From Eledone cirrhosa (lineage: Eukaryota), in the NCBI GenBank assembly GCA_964016885.1, contig OZ024742.1, forward strand, positions 330,894,001 through 330,958,000: DNA of 64,000 bases. The letters run 5' to 3'. Below the pieces are notes generated by a model. That model did not search any database, was not told the origin of the DNA, and was given only the letters and a program-made list of their open reading frames with translations. The position numbers and the translations under genes are program-made. This document shows positions 11,700 through 25,000 of this stretch, in pieces; within the stretch, counting starts at the first letter, position 1, and the number at the start of each line of letters is the position of its first letter.

Positions 11700-14600
11700 T
11701 TTGAGTCTAAGTCATTGACGTTAGTTAAGTGGAAAGTTTGTTGAAATGAATATCAAGCCACTACCTGCATGCTCAGATATTCAGGACATATCGGAGGGTT
11801 CTTGCTGTTCCCAGCAAGCATGCATTTTGAAGCGTTCCAAAAAGCGTGAGGGGGCCAATTTTATTTAACCAACCCTGGAAAATTTTTGAGATAGTCCCTA
11901 GTGCGCCTATGACAATCGGGACCACTTTGACTTCATGGCAGTTCCAAATCCTTTTTACCTCCCACTATAATTCCTGGTATCGGTTTATTTTCTCCCTCTC
12001 CTTCTCTTGCACTCTCCTGTCGAATGGGCAAGCCACATCCACAATCAGGCACAATCTTTTTTCTTTGTCCACAACCACCAGGTCAGGTCTATTGTGTTCC
12101 AGTTTCTTGTCCGTCTGTATCCTAAAATCAACAGCACCTTCACCTGATCGTTTTCTATCACCGACTCTGGCTTATGCTCATACCACTTCTCAGAATGTGG
12201 TAAATTGTTTACTTTGCATAGGTGCCAGTGGATCACCCTGGCCATCACATCATGTCTCCAGCCCTTATAGTGAGTCTGGGCTAGGTGTTTACACTCGGAT
12301 ACAATGTGAGCCACAGTCACCTCGCTCTCTCCACAGATCCTGCACAGTGGGCTAGCCTCCTCCTTGTAAATATGGTGTTTCAACCACTTCGTTTTGAGGG
12401 CCTGCTCCTGCGCAGCCATTAACATTCCTTCTGTAGCCTTTTTAAGGTCTCCTCTTTTCAACCAGTTCCATGTCTGTGGATCTCTAAATTCAGTTTTCAC
12501 AAAGAAGGTACTATGAAGGGATTTTTCTGAAGGCTGCTCTTTCTCCTTGATGTTATTTCCTCCTTGGACATCCCCTGGCCTATTGTACCCTCCTTCAGTA
12601 CAGTTCTGAGCATTGGCTCCTTACTAGCAGTCGCGTATTTGTGTAGGTTGCTTTTCTCCATCTGAACACAGTTCTCTATGCTGATAAGACCTCTTCCACC
12701 TTCAGATCTCCTTAAGTAGAGTCTATCGACATCACTCCTCTTGTGGAACATGTTGTAGATAGTCAATAGCTTCCTAGTCTTCCTATCCATTTCTTTTTGT
12801 TCAGCAACATTCCATCTCAGAATTCATGCACTGTACCTAATAATAGACACAGCTCGGAAATTTACTGCACTTATGGCATTCCTACTGTTCAGATGTGACT
12901 TTAATACGCTCCTTACTCTCCGAATGTATTCAGTTCTTATCAATTCCTTCATTTTTTTGTTCTTGATGTCATCAGCCTCCAGAACGCCCAAATACTTGTA
13001 TCCTTCTTCAGTGTCAATTTCCTTTATCATCTCACCTGTTGGTACCTGGATTCCGTTACTTCTGCTCAACTTACCCCTCTTCATCACAAGGACTCGGCAC
13101 TTACTAATACCAAATTGCATACATATATCATTGCTGAAAATACGGACAGTGTCTACAAACACATCCAACACCTTCTCACTCTTCCCGAAGAGCTTAAGAT
13201 CGTCCATGAAGAGGAGGTTATTGATGGTAAGCCCTCCCTTTCCCAACCTGTATCCTGCTCTCACTTTTCGCAGTACACTGGTCAGGGGCATCAGGGCAAG
13301 GACAAACAACAGAGGGGACAGACTATCACCCTGGAAGATCCCTCTCTTGATCTTCACGCTTCCCAAGGATCCTGCAGTTGATGTTAACTCTGTTTCCCAG
13401 GACTTCATGCTTTTGCCCAACAACTGTCTCATGTTATCTGCCACTTTGAAGATCTACAGGCTTTTGGTGATCCAAGAATGAGGCACCATGTCAAATGCCT
13501 TTTTGTAGTCTATCCATCCCATGGCAAGACCAGTGTGTCTCCTCTTGCAATTCCTCATTACCATCTTATCAATAAGTAACTGGTCCTTTGTACTACGTGA
13601 CTTCTTTCGGCATCCTTTCTCTTCGTCCGGTAACAAGTTGTTTGTGTGGAGGTGATGGTAGATTTCCTCAGACATAATGCTTATCAACAGTTTCCACATT
13701 ATGGACACACATGTAATAGGTCTATAGTTGGTAACATCATTACTCTTAATTCGGTCTTTCATTATCAGAACCCTGGTACCTTTTGTCAACCACTCTGGTA
13801 CTTCACCTGACATCAAGCAGTCATTGAACATGGTTGTCAGTTTCGGGTGGAGGGATGTTATATTTTTAATCCAATACCCCTGCACACCATCTGGGCCTGG
13901 TGATTTCCAGTTGGTTAGGTTTTTGGCCTGCCCCTTAAGAGTTTCTACTGTGATACTTAAATCAGTTTGTTGTTGTGCCTGTTCACTAATCTCCTTTTGT
14001 ACTGTCTCAATCCACACTGCCTGGTCATTATGTTTAACATCCTGCTCCCATATTCCTTTCCAGAATGTTTTAGTTTGTTCCGCCTCAGTGACCCAGTCGT
14101 TGCCTCTTTCTTTCCCTTCAAGCTGTCCAAACAGCATCTTCTGTTTGTTGTCGAAGATGCGGTTCTGACTATACTGACTGACTCTGTTCTCGTATCGCCT
14201 AATTGTTGCACTCTTTGCTACAATGCGTTGCTTCAGTTCCTCTATGATAATATTTAGCTTTTTCCTCCTAGTTTTGTACTTTATTTCCAGACTATTTTTA
14301 GTGTCTATGTTTTTTAATGTCCCATTCAGTAGAGACTCAAGCTTTCCAATGTCATTTCTCATTTCCCTGATTTGAACACTCAGTCGTTTCTTCCACCAAG
14401 GCTCTGCTCTTTCTTGTCTTTTGTTTCCTCTCGCTTTTATACCAAGTAGTTTCCTCACCGTATTTTCTGTTGCTTTGAGGATATTGTTGCACTGGTGAAG
14501 GCTCCTCGTCTCAAGGTATGGGATGACTTTGTCTACCTTAGCTGTTGTTTCTTTTAACTTTTTCCTGTCTACAAATCTTAGGTTCATAGGTCTCCCACTA

Positions 14601-16269
14601 TCATTGTTCAATTCATCTACCACTAAGTTTAGGATATCAACCAAATCTTTTCCTAGCCCGTCAGCATTCATCTCCTCAGTGGCCGTATCTCTGTTCCAGG
14701 TATTATTTATCTCAGCATTCAGATCATTGTCTGCTTCGGGTGGTTCCTCCGTTCTCTCGACCACTTCACCTTCATTTCCCACTGGCTCGTTTGCCTGGCA
14801 TACCCCACCCTCCATCTCCAAGCCAATCTCTCTGCTCAGTTCCTCCAGTTCCAGCTCGCTTATCCTACCATTAGTTCTTATTACCCGAGCCTGCCCGGCC
14901 GATTTTTGTTCATCTAATTTAAATAGACCAATCTCGTTCCAGATGTTATGCATACGTTTCCTATAGCCCTTCTCCTTGGGGTTACTCTTCAGGTAACATT
15001 GCATAACAGTTCTATTCAATTCTTTCGTCCAGTTGGTTCTGGTCCCTTTCCTTCTTCTTCTTCCTCCGACACCAGCAGTATTTGGTTGACAGCAAGGTCC
15101 CTGCTGCTGAGCCAGGGAGCACCTGTTGAGTGAGAGACTGTCACATGACATTCTAGTCTCCATTTCACCGTTATTCGAACTGTCTAGGTTCGATATTTAA
15201 ACACTATTATCGAGGATTGGCGAATGTATGGTTACATAACCACCGGTGAATTTATCGCTTCCGGTGGTTTTGTCACTCCACGTGATTTTTGTGTGGCATA
15301 ATCACGCTGTAGACGAACATAAATAAACAAACAAATAAACAGGCAAAAAAAACCCCAACAATGAATAAGCATAAGTTTCAATGTAATGTAGTGTTTGAAT
15401 GTCTGACTTAGTTTTTCCCTTCCCTTCTCTGTCCGTCTGTTTGTTTTTCTCTTCATTTTTATTTTCTTTACGTTTTTCGTTGTTGCTGTGCTGCTTTGGT
15501 TTTGATTTTTGTTTTTCTGATTTTGACCGGGTCATCAATTCAGTCTATTTATATATTTTGATGCCTTCCTCTTTTAGGGGTATTCTACAATGTAGCAGGG
15601 GGTAGCGGGAGAGAATAGCGGCGGTAGTGATAATGAGGCAGCGGTGGCGGTGGTGGTGGCGGTGCTGTGCTAGCAGCAACTAGCAGGAGGTAGTGGGAGA
15701 GAATAGCGGCGGTAGCGATAATGAGGTAGTGGTGGTGGTGATTTGATCGTAGTACTGTAGTGATGGTGTTGAAGTTGCAGTAGAAATAGCGTTTGAGTCG
15801 ACTTGGCCATAGTTTTGATCGTGGTAGTGGTGGTGGTGTTGGTGATGAAATTATCTTTAGTTATTTAGTCATTTTGTCATTTTCCTCCTTTTCGACTCTA
15901 ACATTCCTGATCCAAAATTAAATATTAATCTTGTTTATTAATATTGTCTAATGATACCGCCATCTTCCCCTTTCGTAAGTTAACAGAAGGTAATGGGGGG
16001 ATAGCGGTGGTAGCAATGAAGGAGTGGTGGCGGCGGTGATGGGATAGTGGTAGTAATGATGGATGGACGGCGGCAGCGGTGACTGTAGTGATGGCGTTGT
16101 AGTTACTGAGTTTTGTTGAATAGACTGTATTTTGTTTGATCGGTGAATCTATGGGGTTAGTCGCGTATATGTGTTGACATATTTCTTAATATTGGAATTA
16201 AACATTTTGTTTAATAATAGCAATTATTATTATTATGCTGAGATTGGTGGTGGTGGTGGTGAAATTGCC

Positions 16270-16270
<1 letters not shown>
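11697..16270 (-). mobile_element. Older-subfamily Dong copy with disrupted ORF (about 11773-15163) and long, diverged 5' UTR
   Basis: ORF pieces 13454..15163, 12824..13444, 12497..12790, 12045..12500 are homologous to the intact ORF; 5' boundary uncertain (about 16222 or 16270). Confidence 0.92.

Positions 16271-16311
<41 letters not shown>
16271..16311 (+). repeat. (TTA)n spacer
   Basis: Seen directly. Confidence 0.97.
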
Positions 16312-19300
16312 GGCGGCATTCGTAGGAAATCGTATCAGCGTGAGCTCCGCAAAGGTTTGTTGTTTTCGTTTGTTTAAAATTGCTATTTATGGAAAATGTT
16401 TGTTGTTAACTATTTATAAAGTCACAAAATCTGCTTTTGGAAAAGAACACTCAAAAAGATTGGGGCCTTGAGCCCAACATTTAAACGTTTATAATTATCA
16501 AACAAAAAATTCATTTTAAAAATTCATGGACGACTCACAACTACACCAAGTAGCTGAGAGCTTTCCTCACAAACTATCACCTCACACCAACACCACCATT
16601 GTAAATATTACTACGTTTGCCAACACTTAAAATATAAGCAATAGGAATAATTTAAATTTGTCTCATGCAGACATTCATTTCCCGCCATTACCAATGATTA
16701 CATGTGTGGAAGCCGCCACCCCAGCAGCACCACAGCGACAACAGAAACAAAAGAAAAAAAAAATTATCTCGTGACATCGAAATGGATTCACCCACAATGG
16801 ACTCTTCCACACCGAACACCACTGACACCACCATCACCACAACTGAAACTAAAAATAACAATAACATAAATAACAATAACAACAACAGCAACAACAACAA
16901 TGAGAATAAAATCGTGTCATTTGCGAAGGCAGCCAAACAATGCGAAACAATCCAGGTAATTCAGGAGGAATTAGATGAAGCCAAGAGAATGATAAAGAAA
17001 GATGGGTACAGGGACACACCCCCATGAAATAAAATGGAGCATCGGCGCCTATGCACTGTGTCTTATCGGACGATTAACATAAAATCGCGCCGAGTGGTGC
17101 GGGCATCTGAATCCCAAATCCCAAAAGCTTTGGGACATGTGTGGGCAAAAAAAACACACATCAGACGTGGGCAGGAATATGGAACCATGGACGTGTTCTT
17201 TGGAACAGCACAGGAGGCCAGAGAACACTCCATGGCCCCATTAAGAAGTGACGACTTCACACTCGTCGCAAGCTATTGTGGCTAGAGACTCGTGAAGATC
17301 AGGGTGAGCCACGTTCCACCGGCCATCTAAATTCAGTGGCTAATGGCTGCCGTCCTCGTCGGCATAGAGGCCAACACCAAGATAATCGAAATTGCGAAAG
17401 AAAAGCAGGAGAACTGGTCCGGATCTGGGATGGAGCTCCGGATCCAAGCGGACCAAAAAAGCATTGAGGAGTTCCCAGAGGTAATAGACCTCACTGATGG
17501 CAGCCACCTTACCGTAATCGTCGACAGCAGAAGGCCTAGGTGTATTGTTTGTGGTGATGGAACCCACCTAAGTGCTTCTGCCCTCAGGCTAAGAAGTTGA
17601 GGCCACCTCTCTTACCCACCTCAGTGACTCATCCATCAACACCACCAGCAGCAGAATTGGCAGCAACAACTGTAGCAGCAACAACAGAAGCAACTGCAGC
17701 GGCAACAACCCCAGAAACAGTAGCAAAACCACCACCACCACCACCCAACGCGCCAGAACTAGCACCAGCACCTACACCATCCACCACGCTACAACCAAAG
17801 CCTGTTGAGGATTTTCCATCCCCGACCTATCGAAACTGGAGACAGATTGTGACGACTAGGAATGGGAAACTGTATGAGGAAAAAAAAAAAAAGAAACCCC
17901 AAAAGAAAAAAATGATCTTCCTCCCCCTCCAAAAACAAAATACAGAAGGAGACAAATAACCCATCAAACAAATAGTTAGGACAACTATGCCACCATCCAC
18001 ACCAGCATCACCAACCACATCACCCCAAACACCAACACCATCATCATCATTAACCCCAACACCACCATCACCAACATCACAAAAGTCACCAAAAAGCGTA
18101 ACATAGACAAACCCACAACTAAAGCAAACAAAACAAATCAACCAAACACTACACAGCATTACATTTGAAAAACACAACCAATTATTTCACTACATGCAAC
18201 ACAACACCAGCATCACAGAAAAAGACTACACAGCACCCCAAATGTTCACACCACCTCCACACATACAAATCACTCGCATCACACAGAAAACGTACACGAC
18301 ACTAAAACAAAAAATTCCCCAAATACATCGGAGACTTCCGACAAGCACTCTCCATGATGTTGTATAAGGACATCCTTCCGGAGGACGCCAAAAGCAGTGA
18401 ATAGGATGGAGAAACCATCCTTCCTCTACGAGAAGTAAGGTAAGTGGTCTTTCCCATCTTTTCCAGTCCATTTCAACAAGACCTCACTCAGAATAGGCAG
18501 CATAAATGCGCATGGCTTGGGGTCGTCATGGAAGCAGGGCCACCTGCTCAACGACTTCAGGACAATAAGCATAGATGTAGTGGCCATCAGTAAGACCAGA
18601 ATCCCCGAAGCACGTACCTTCGCACCGATCTTCGACGGCTACGATGTGTACGCATCTCCCAGCCGTCCTAGATCGGTGTAGGAGCTGCTGTGCTTTTTCG
18701 GAGAGGTTTGGACCCAGAAGGTAGGTTGGTGGTGCTGGACGTGACCAGCGGAGACGGGCAAGCTTTCAGGCTAGTGGCCGTCTAAGCACCTACAGGAGCA
18801 TGGCGGGCTGATTTCTTCCGGCGTCTGGAGACCTTTCTTGGAACATCCCGCACTTTAGGATCAGTGGGCGACTGGAACGGGATCTTAGATGCACGCCGGG
18901 ACTGATATGGGAGGAGGGTGCAAGAGCCTCACCAACCTGCTCAGGCGTTTTGAACTGTCTGACAGGTACCGATTGGATTTCCCGAATGTACCAATGTGGA
19001 CTTGGACAAACCGCATAGGGTCATCCAGATCATATCTAGATAGAGTATTTTGTAGGGAAATAGATAGGTCTAGCATAGGCTGTCCACAATTCAAGATAGT
19101 CAGCTACACGGACAACAAATTCTTGATCTGTGTTCTTGACTTAGATAGGCTTCATTGACGAGGACCCGGCTAGGGAAACTAAACGCGTCCTTACCAGCGC
19201 GCAAGTCCTACAGAGACCGGATTAGCGAACTAGTTAAGCGGGCATTGACGGGGGCCATCGTCAATAACAAGTAGTGGTTTGCTCTGAAAAGAGCGATTAG

Positions 19301-22017
19301 AATAGCGTCCATTAGGTTTAGTAACTCTTTAGCAATAGAGAAACATAGAGCAGAGAGAGAGAACTAGTTAGAAAATTAGACGAGGCGCTTAGCAATGGCA
19401 TCGCGACCGACGTACTTGCGGCGAATTTGGCCCTTGATCAATTCTTCAATACAAAGCACGAAGGCTGCGTTGTCAGAGCTAGGGTGCGTGCTCTCAGAGA
19501 CGAGGGGAAGAAAGCCGTTCAATGGGCCCGAGTGGCGGAGGCGTGTCGTGGCAACAAAGCCAACGATCCGGTATTTGGTGGACCACGACAGGCGCATGCT
19601 ACTCGATCCCTGGAAAATGGGTGAAGCTTTTCAGCGACACTTCGCTCAGCTGTTCGGGGGCAGCGGCGGGTCGGATCGAGGGATGGACTTTAGCGTCTAC
19701 AACGACGGACTGCCGCGGCTCTCGGCCACTGAGGCAGAGTGTTTCGATAAGCCGATAACATCCGCTGAAGTACGGGAGGCAATGACTGGCTGCACAAGGG
19801 GTAATTCAACTGGTTTGGATGGTCAGCCCTATTCAATTTACGTACAGACATGAGACGGGATGCCAAGCGGTGAATTCCCAGCTATTTGAGCCGAGGAGCT
19901 CTGGCGCTGCTGAGAAAGGTTCCGAACAAGTGGGATAACATAGATAATGTCAGGCCCATAACTCTGCTAAACACAGAGTTCAAGATTTTGGCCCAGGTGC
20001 TAGCAAAGAGGTTGGCGCTTCTCCTTGGTGGTCTGATGGGAGAGGCGAAGACATGCGCCATTCCCGACAGATCTATCCACGACAACCTCCATATCATGCA
20101 ATACATCGTGGAGAGGGTAGCTAGGGAACCTGACACGGGATGGTCCTTGATCAATTCAGATCTGTCGAAAGCTTTCGATACGGTCGACCATCGTTACCTA
20201 GCGTCAGTCCTGAGGGCGGCTCGCTTTGGGCCCGTCCTCAGAGGCTGGATCGCTGCCATGCACAGCGACATCTGCTCTGTGGTGAGAGTGAACGGTCACC
20301 TTTCGGAACCGTGCAACATCATGCGCTCGGTCCGCCAAGGATGTCCCCTCTCGTCCCTCTTGCACGTATTGACTCTCGAGCCATTACTGCAGAAACTGGA
20401 GACGTTGAGGGGGATCCCGCTCGAACTAGGATGCGGAAGATCCGTGTCAGTATATGCGGACGATGTCACCGTAGCGGTGTCGAACGCCAAACACATCGAG
20501 GCGATCGGCACTACACTAAGAGAATACGAAGCGGTGACAGGAGCAATGATCAATCAGGAAAAGTCAGTGGGCCTGCAGCTCGGCACCTGGAGAGGCTGGT
20601 CCATATCGTCAAAACAGCGTCGTCGGGCGCTGGACGGACGGAAGGGTAAAATTGCTATGGGTCTGGTTCGGTCTGGACCTCCAGACGGACAAAAACTGGG
20701 ACGAGGTGACGAGCAGGGTAGCTTCTTTCACCCAGAAATGGGCGGAGAGGAAGCTATACCTGAAAGGTCGAGCGGAGGTGGCTAACGCGTATATCGCGTC
20801 CGTAATCTACTACCGCCTGACCGTCGTACCTTGTCCTAAGCCCCGCCTGACTGCGCTGGAGCATTTGCTCTTTCGACTTTTCTGGAAGGGACGCGCTCCG
20901 ATGGTCAGGCGCTCCATCTGCTGTCAACATCCGCTACCTGGAGGGCTGAGCATGCCGTGGCTGATGATTCGCAGGCACGCGCTCAGGCTACGACATCGCC
21001 ACCTCTTCCTCGACGGTGATCAGGCGTGATCCTCGTTTGCTAGCGAGTCTTTCCCCGGCTCGTCTTCTTGACGGAGCTGCAGTCCTGGGTCAAGCGAAGA
21101 CTGGAATGTCTTCATGCGCTCATAGCCCTCGACCAATCGAGCAATATGATCGGTGGAAACTCCACCTTGGCGTTCTATAGAGGATTAGTGGATGGGAAGT
21201 GCGATGACGTACTTGGGGAAACTGTAGGCGTCGACGAAAATCAACTAGCCAATCTCTTCGGAAGGACTTTCCAGTCGGGGCCTATGGACAACTTTCACAA
21301 ATCCCTTGCCTGGCAGAGCTACCGAGGAGCTTTGCCAGTTCGGGATAAACTCTACAGGCATGGAGGTGCCGTCAGCCCGGCATGACCCAGTTGCGCGCAG
21401 GGCGACGAAACCGTCCTGCACACACTCGTCAAGTGTCCGAGCATTGCTGACTTGTGGGTTTATGTCTAACACCTGCTGTCGGGTGTAGGACGGATCCAGC
21501 TATCAGCTGAGTCCATCGAGAGGATTGCCCCGCCCTCTTTCTTTAGTCTGTCTGGGGGTCATGGTGAAAGAGATAGTATGGTGGACACGTTTGAAAGGGA
21601 TGAAGACGAGTACTTACCTCTTCGGTGGTGCCCTGATTAACTTTTTCAAATTTCATTTGAAAAGGAAAATCAGGGTAGAGAGAGAATTGCTCTCTACCCA
21701 GCATTTTGTTGAAAGATGGGTGAGAGAAGCAACTACGCCTCGAGTGAATGGGCCTACTCTGAGTATGTGTCTGTAAATTAAAGGCGGAAACCTGGGTGAG
21801 GGCACTTGCCCTGGTGGTCAGTGTCACTGTGGCCTTTTAATGGGCTTTCTCCACAAATGTCCCTCGGAATATTGGGAAATTTTTCATTGTTATTTTTTTG
21901 TTACATCCTCTGTTTTTGTTTTTTTACACGCAGAAATGCCCATTTGTACAGTCCTGTATTGTCATGTACTGTCCAGAATGTATACTTTATGTAAACCCTT
22001 GTGGTTTATAAAGAAAG

Positions 22018-22018
<1 letters not shown>
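16312..22018 (+). mobile_element. Tx1/L1-clade LINE family A, full-length but degraded (ORF1 about 16.7-18.44 kb, ORF2 about 18.48-21.78 kb)
   Basis: ORF1 remnants with RPRCIVCGDGTH knuckle and Pro/Thr-rich tail; ORF2 remnants with APE motifs (GDWN, SYLDR), RPITLLN, VRQGCPLS, YADD. Confidence 0.9.

Positions 22019-22048
<30 letters not shown>
22019..22048 (+). repeat. (TTA)n spacer
   Basis: Seen directly. Confidence 0.97.
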
Positions 22049-25000
22049 GGTCTAAGCGGACGTATTTTGTTCGCTCACAGTAAATCGCTTTATTTGCCTG
22101 TTTAAATTATTTGTTGTTAAATATTTCTTGTTGTGTAAAGGATATAAGCCCTTAGACTTTGCCCCGTGAAGGGGAAAGTATAATATTTGGGCCTTTAGGC
22201 CCACATATTTGAACTTTTTTTACATGTTAAAAAATTTACGAAGAAAAAAAAACATGGCTGAGCCACGCACCCCAGCGATATGTCGGCTGTCGTGCGACTA
22301 CGACGTAGAAGTTGAGAGGAGCGCTACAGCGAAATTAACACACATTCATAACACAAACACCACCACAAAGAAGGTAAACAAAGACACCAATGATACCAAT
22401 AAGAACTCTAATTTTGAAAAAAATGACAGTAACAGCCACAACGAAAATAAAGATAACAAAAAAAAAATAACAAATACAACAAGAATATCAACACCGCTAA
22501 CATGAAAACAAATAGCGACAACACTAACAGCAACAATACCAACTGCACCGAGAACAACGGTGGCAACAAAGACAACAATGATAACAGCCACACGCTAACA
22601 ACAACACCAACAAGAACAACGTCAACAACACCCCCAACGAAAACAAGACCACTTTTGCTGCGGCAGCAGCAAAAAAGAGGCCATGCTTCAACATGGACCT
22701 CTCAAACAAAGATGAAAAGTTGGCCCAGGCATGGAAGCTCATCAAGCAAGAGCAAACTTGGGCCAACTTAACTGTCCCGGTAGAAGCTATTGAGGCAGTG
22801 GAGCGCAAAACGGTGCATTATAGATGCATCTCAGCACAAACCAAAAGGGCAGCATTAATCCCACAAGAAGATGTCGAAGTCGCGCTGAGGTGCATCAGAG
22901 AAGACACCCAGTACATAGAGAGGGGCAGACAGAATCACCATTTCGGTGTTGTTCAAGTCGGAAGCCCTCGCGATGAAACACGCTATGACTCCTTGCAAAA
23001 CCAGCAAGGTCATAATGTACCCCTCCTACATGGGAAAAATAACGGCCCGTCGCTGCATTCCCAGAATCCCACTAGGACTTGACATGTGGTGGCTTCTTGG
23101 ATGTGTGATTGTAGAGGGGACGGATACAGTCGCTACAGAAGTGACCAGAACGGCCAGAGCGGACTGGTCCGGGGTTGACCTGGAGATCCTTCTCCAGATC
23201 AGGCCCGAGAATGTGAAGACAATCCCAGACCTCATCCGCCTTCAGAATGGGACTGTCATTCACATTATGATCGAAGGCAAAAGGCCGCAGTGTTTTGTTT
23301 GTGGGGAAAAAAACCCATTTGCGAGCCTTCTGCCCTCAACTGCTGAACGAGACAAGGTGTCGAATGGCTCCACTGCTGCCGACGCCGGAGCGTGGACCAC
23401 AACCAACACCTGCACCGGCAAAACCACCAACAACAACACCAATTAAAAGACCACCACCAACATTGACCACCCAGGGGGGAAACGAGGAAAGCTGTCAAAT
23501 TCCCCCTCCCCCTAAAAATAAACACACCAATAAAACCTTAAACATACATACAGACACACTTACAGACACAGACCCCTCAACTACCAGTAGTGAAAACGAG
23601 GGAAATCCCAAATCCCCCAAAATACAAAAAAGGAAACACAAAAAGAAAAAAAAAACTCAACAAAGCACAAAAGCACCCACAATAAAAAGCGCAGACACCA
23701 CCCACGCAAACATCTCTCCAATAACACCAACATCAACACCACCATCGCCATCACCAGAATCCCCCAAACGCAAAAAACCGAAACCGACGCAAGAACAAAT
23801 ATACACACAAACATCTGAAAACACAGACACCGCACTCACAAAAAACACAGATACAACCGAAACAGCACCACCAAAACCATCACCTCCACAGCCACGCAAA
23901 CAAATACAATCACACCAACAAAACATACAAAACTTCGTGTTCGTCAGGAGGGCAAACAAGGAACTGATAGCCCTCGTAGCACGAAGTGAAAATATACAAA
24001 AAGAGGGCGACATTTTTAAATCGAGCACATTTCGCGTGCCTGAAGATTTGGTTCTGGTGCGAATGTCGCTCGACATATTCAAAGAAATACGAGACAGCTT
24101 TCCTCGGGACGTGGGAACCCCGAACGTAAAACCCACTTCAAGACTTTTAAAGGGGTCCCGAAAGAAACCCCACTAACTATGGAGGTCGAACAACCCGACC
24201 TTCGCAAGATCCCGGAAGGTAAGTAAACTTTCCTGTCTCTCTGTTTAACCTGCCAACATGGCCGTATTAAGAGTAGGATGTTTAAATGTTCGAGGCCTGG
24301 GATCGTCCTGGAAGCAGGGTCACATGCTCAACAACCTCAGGTCTATAGAAATGGATGTAATTGCAGTCAGCGAGACCAGGATTTCCGACACGCACGCACT
24401 AGCCCCCATTTTCGACGACTATCAGATATTTTCATCTGTTAGCCGGCCGGGAATGGGAGGCGGGGTGGCAGTGCTGTTTAGGAAAGGCCTGGATCTCGAG
24501 GTAAGGTCGATCTTCCGCGACCCGGACGGGAAGTTGTTAGTCCTGGACGTGAACAATAATGAAGGTGGTGCCTTTAGACTGGTGGCCATCTATGCTCCTA
24601 CTGGGGCAGGACGGCCAGACTTCTTTAGACGCCTGGAAGCCTTTCTGGGTACGTCTCGCCCTTTACTGTTAGCGGGGGACTGGAACGGCATCTTAGACAC
24701 ACGCTGGGATTATCCGATAGGAGCGGGTGTGCAAAAGCCTCAAGATCATGATCAGCCAATTCCAACTGTCTGACAGGTACCGACTAGATTTCCCTAATGC
24801 GCCAATGTGGACCTGGGCTAACCGCATAGGGTGATCTAGATCGTATGTAGACAGGATATTCATTAGGAAAATAGACAGAAATAGTGTAAGCTGTCCACGT
24901 TTTGAAACGGTCGCCTATTCAGGTCACAAGTTTGTGATCTGTATGGTCGACCTAGATAAGACGCGTAGGTTAGGACCTGGTTACTGGAAGCTAAACATGT

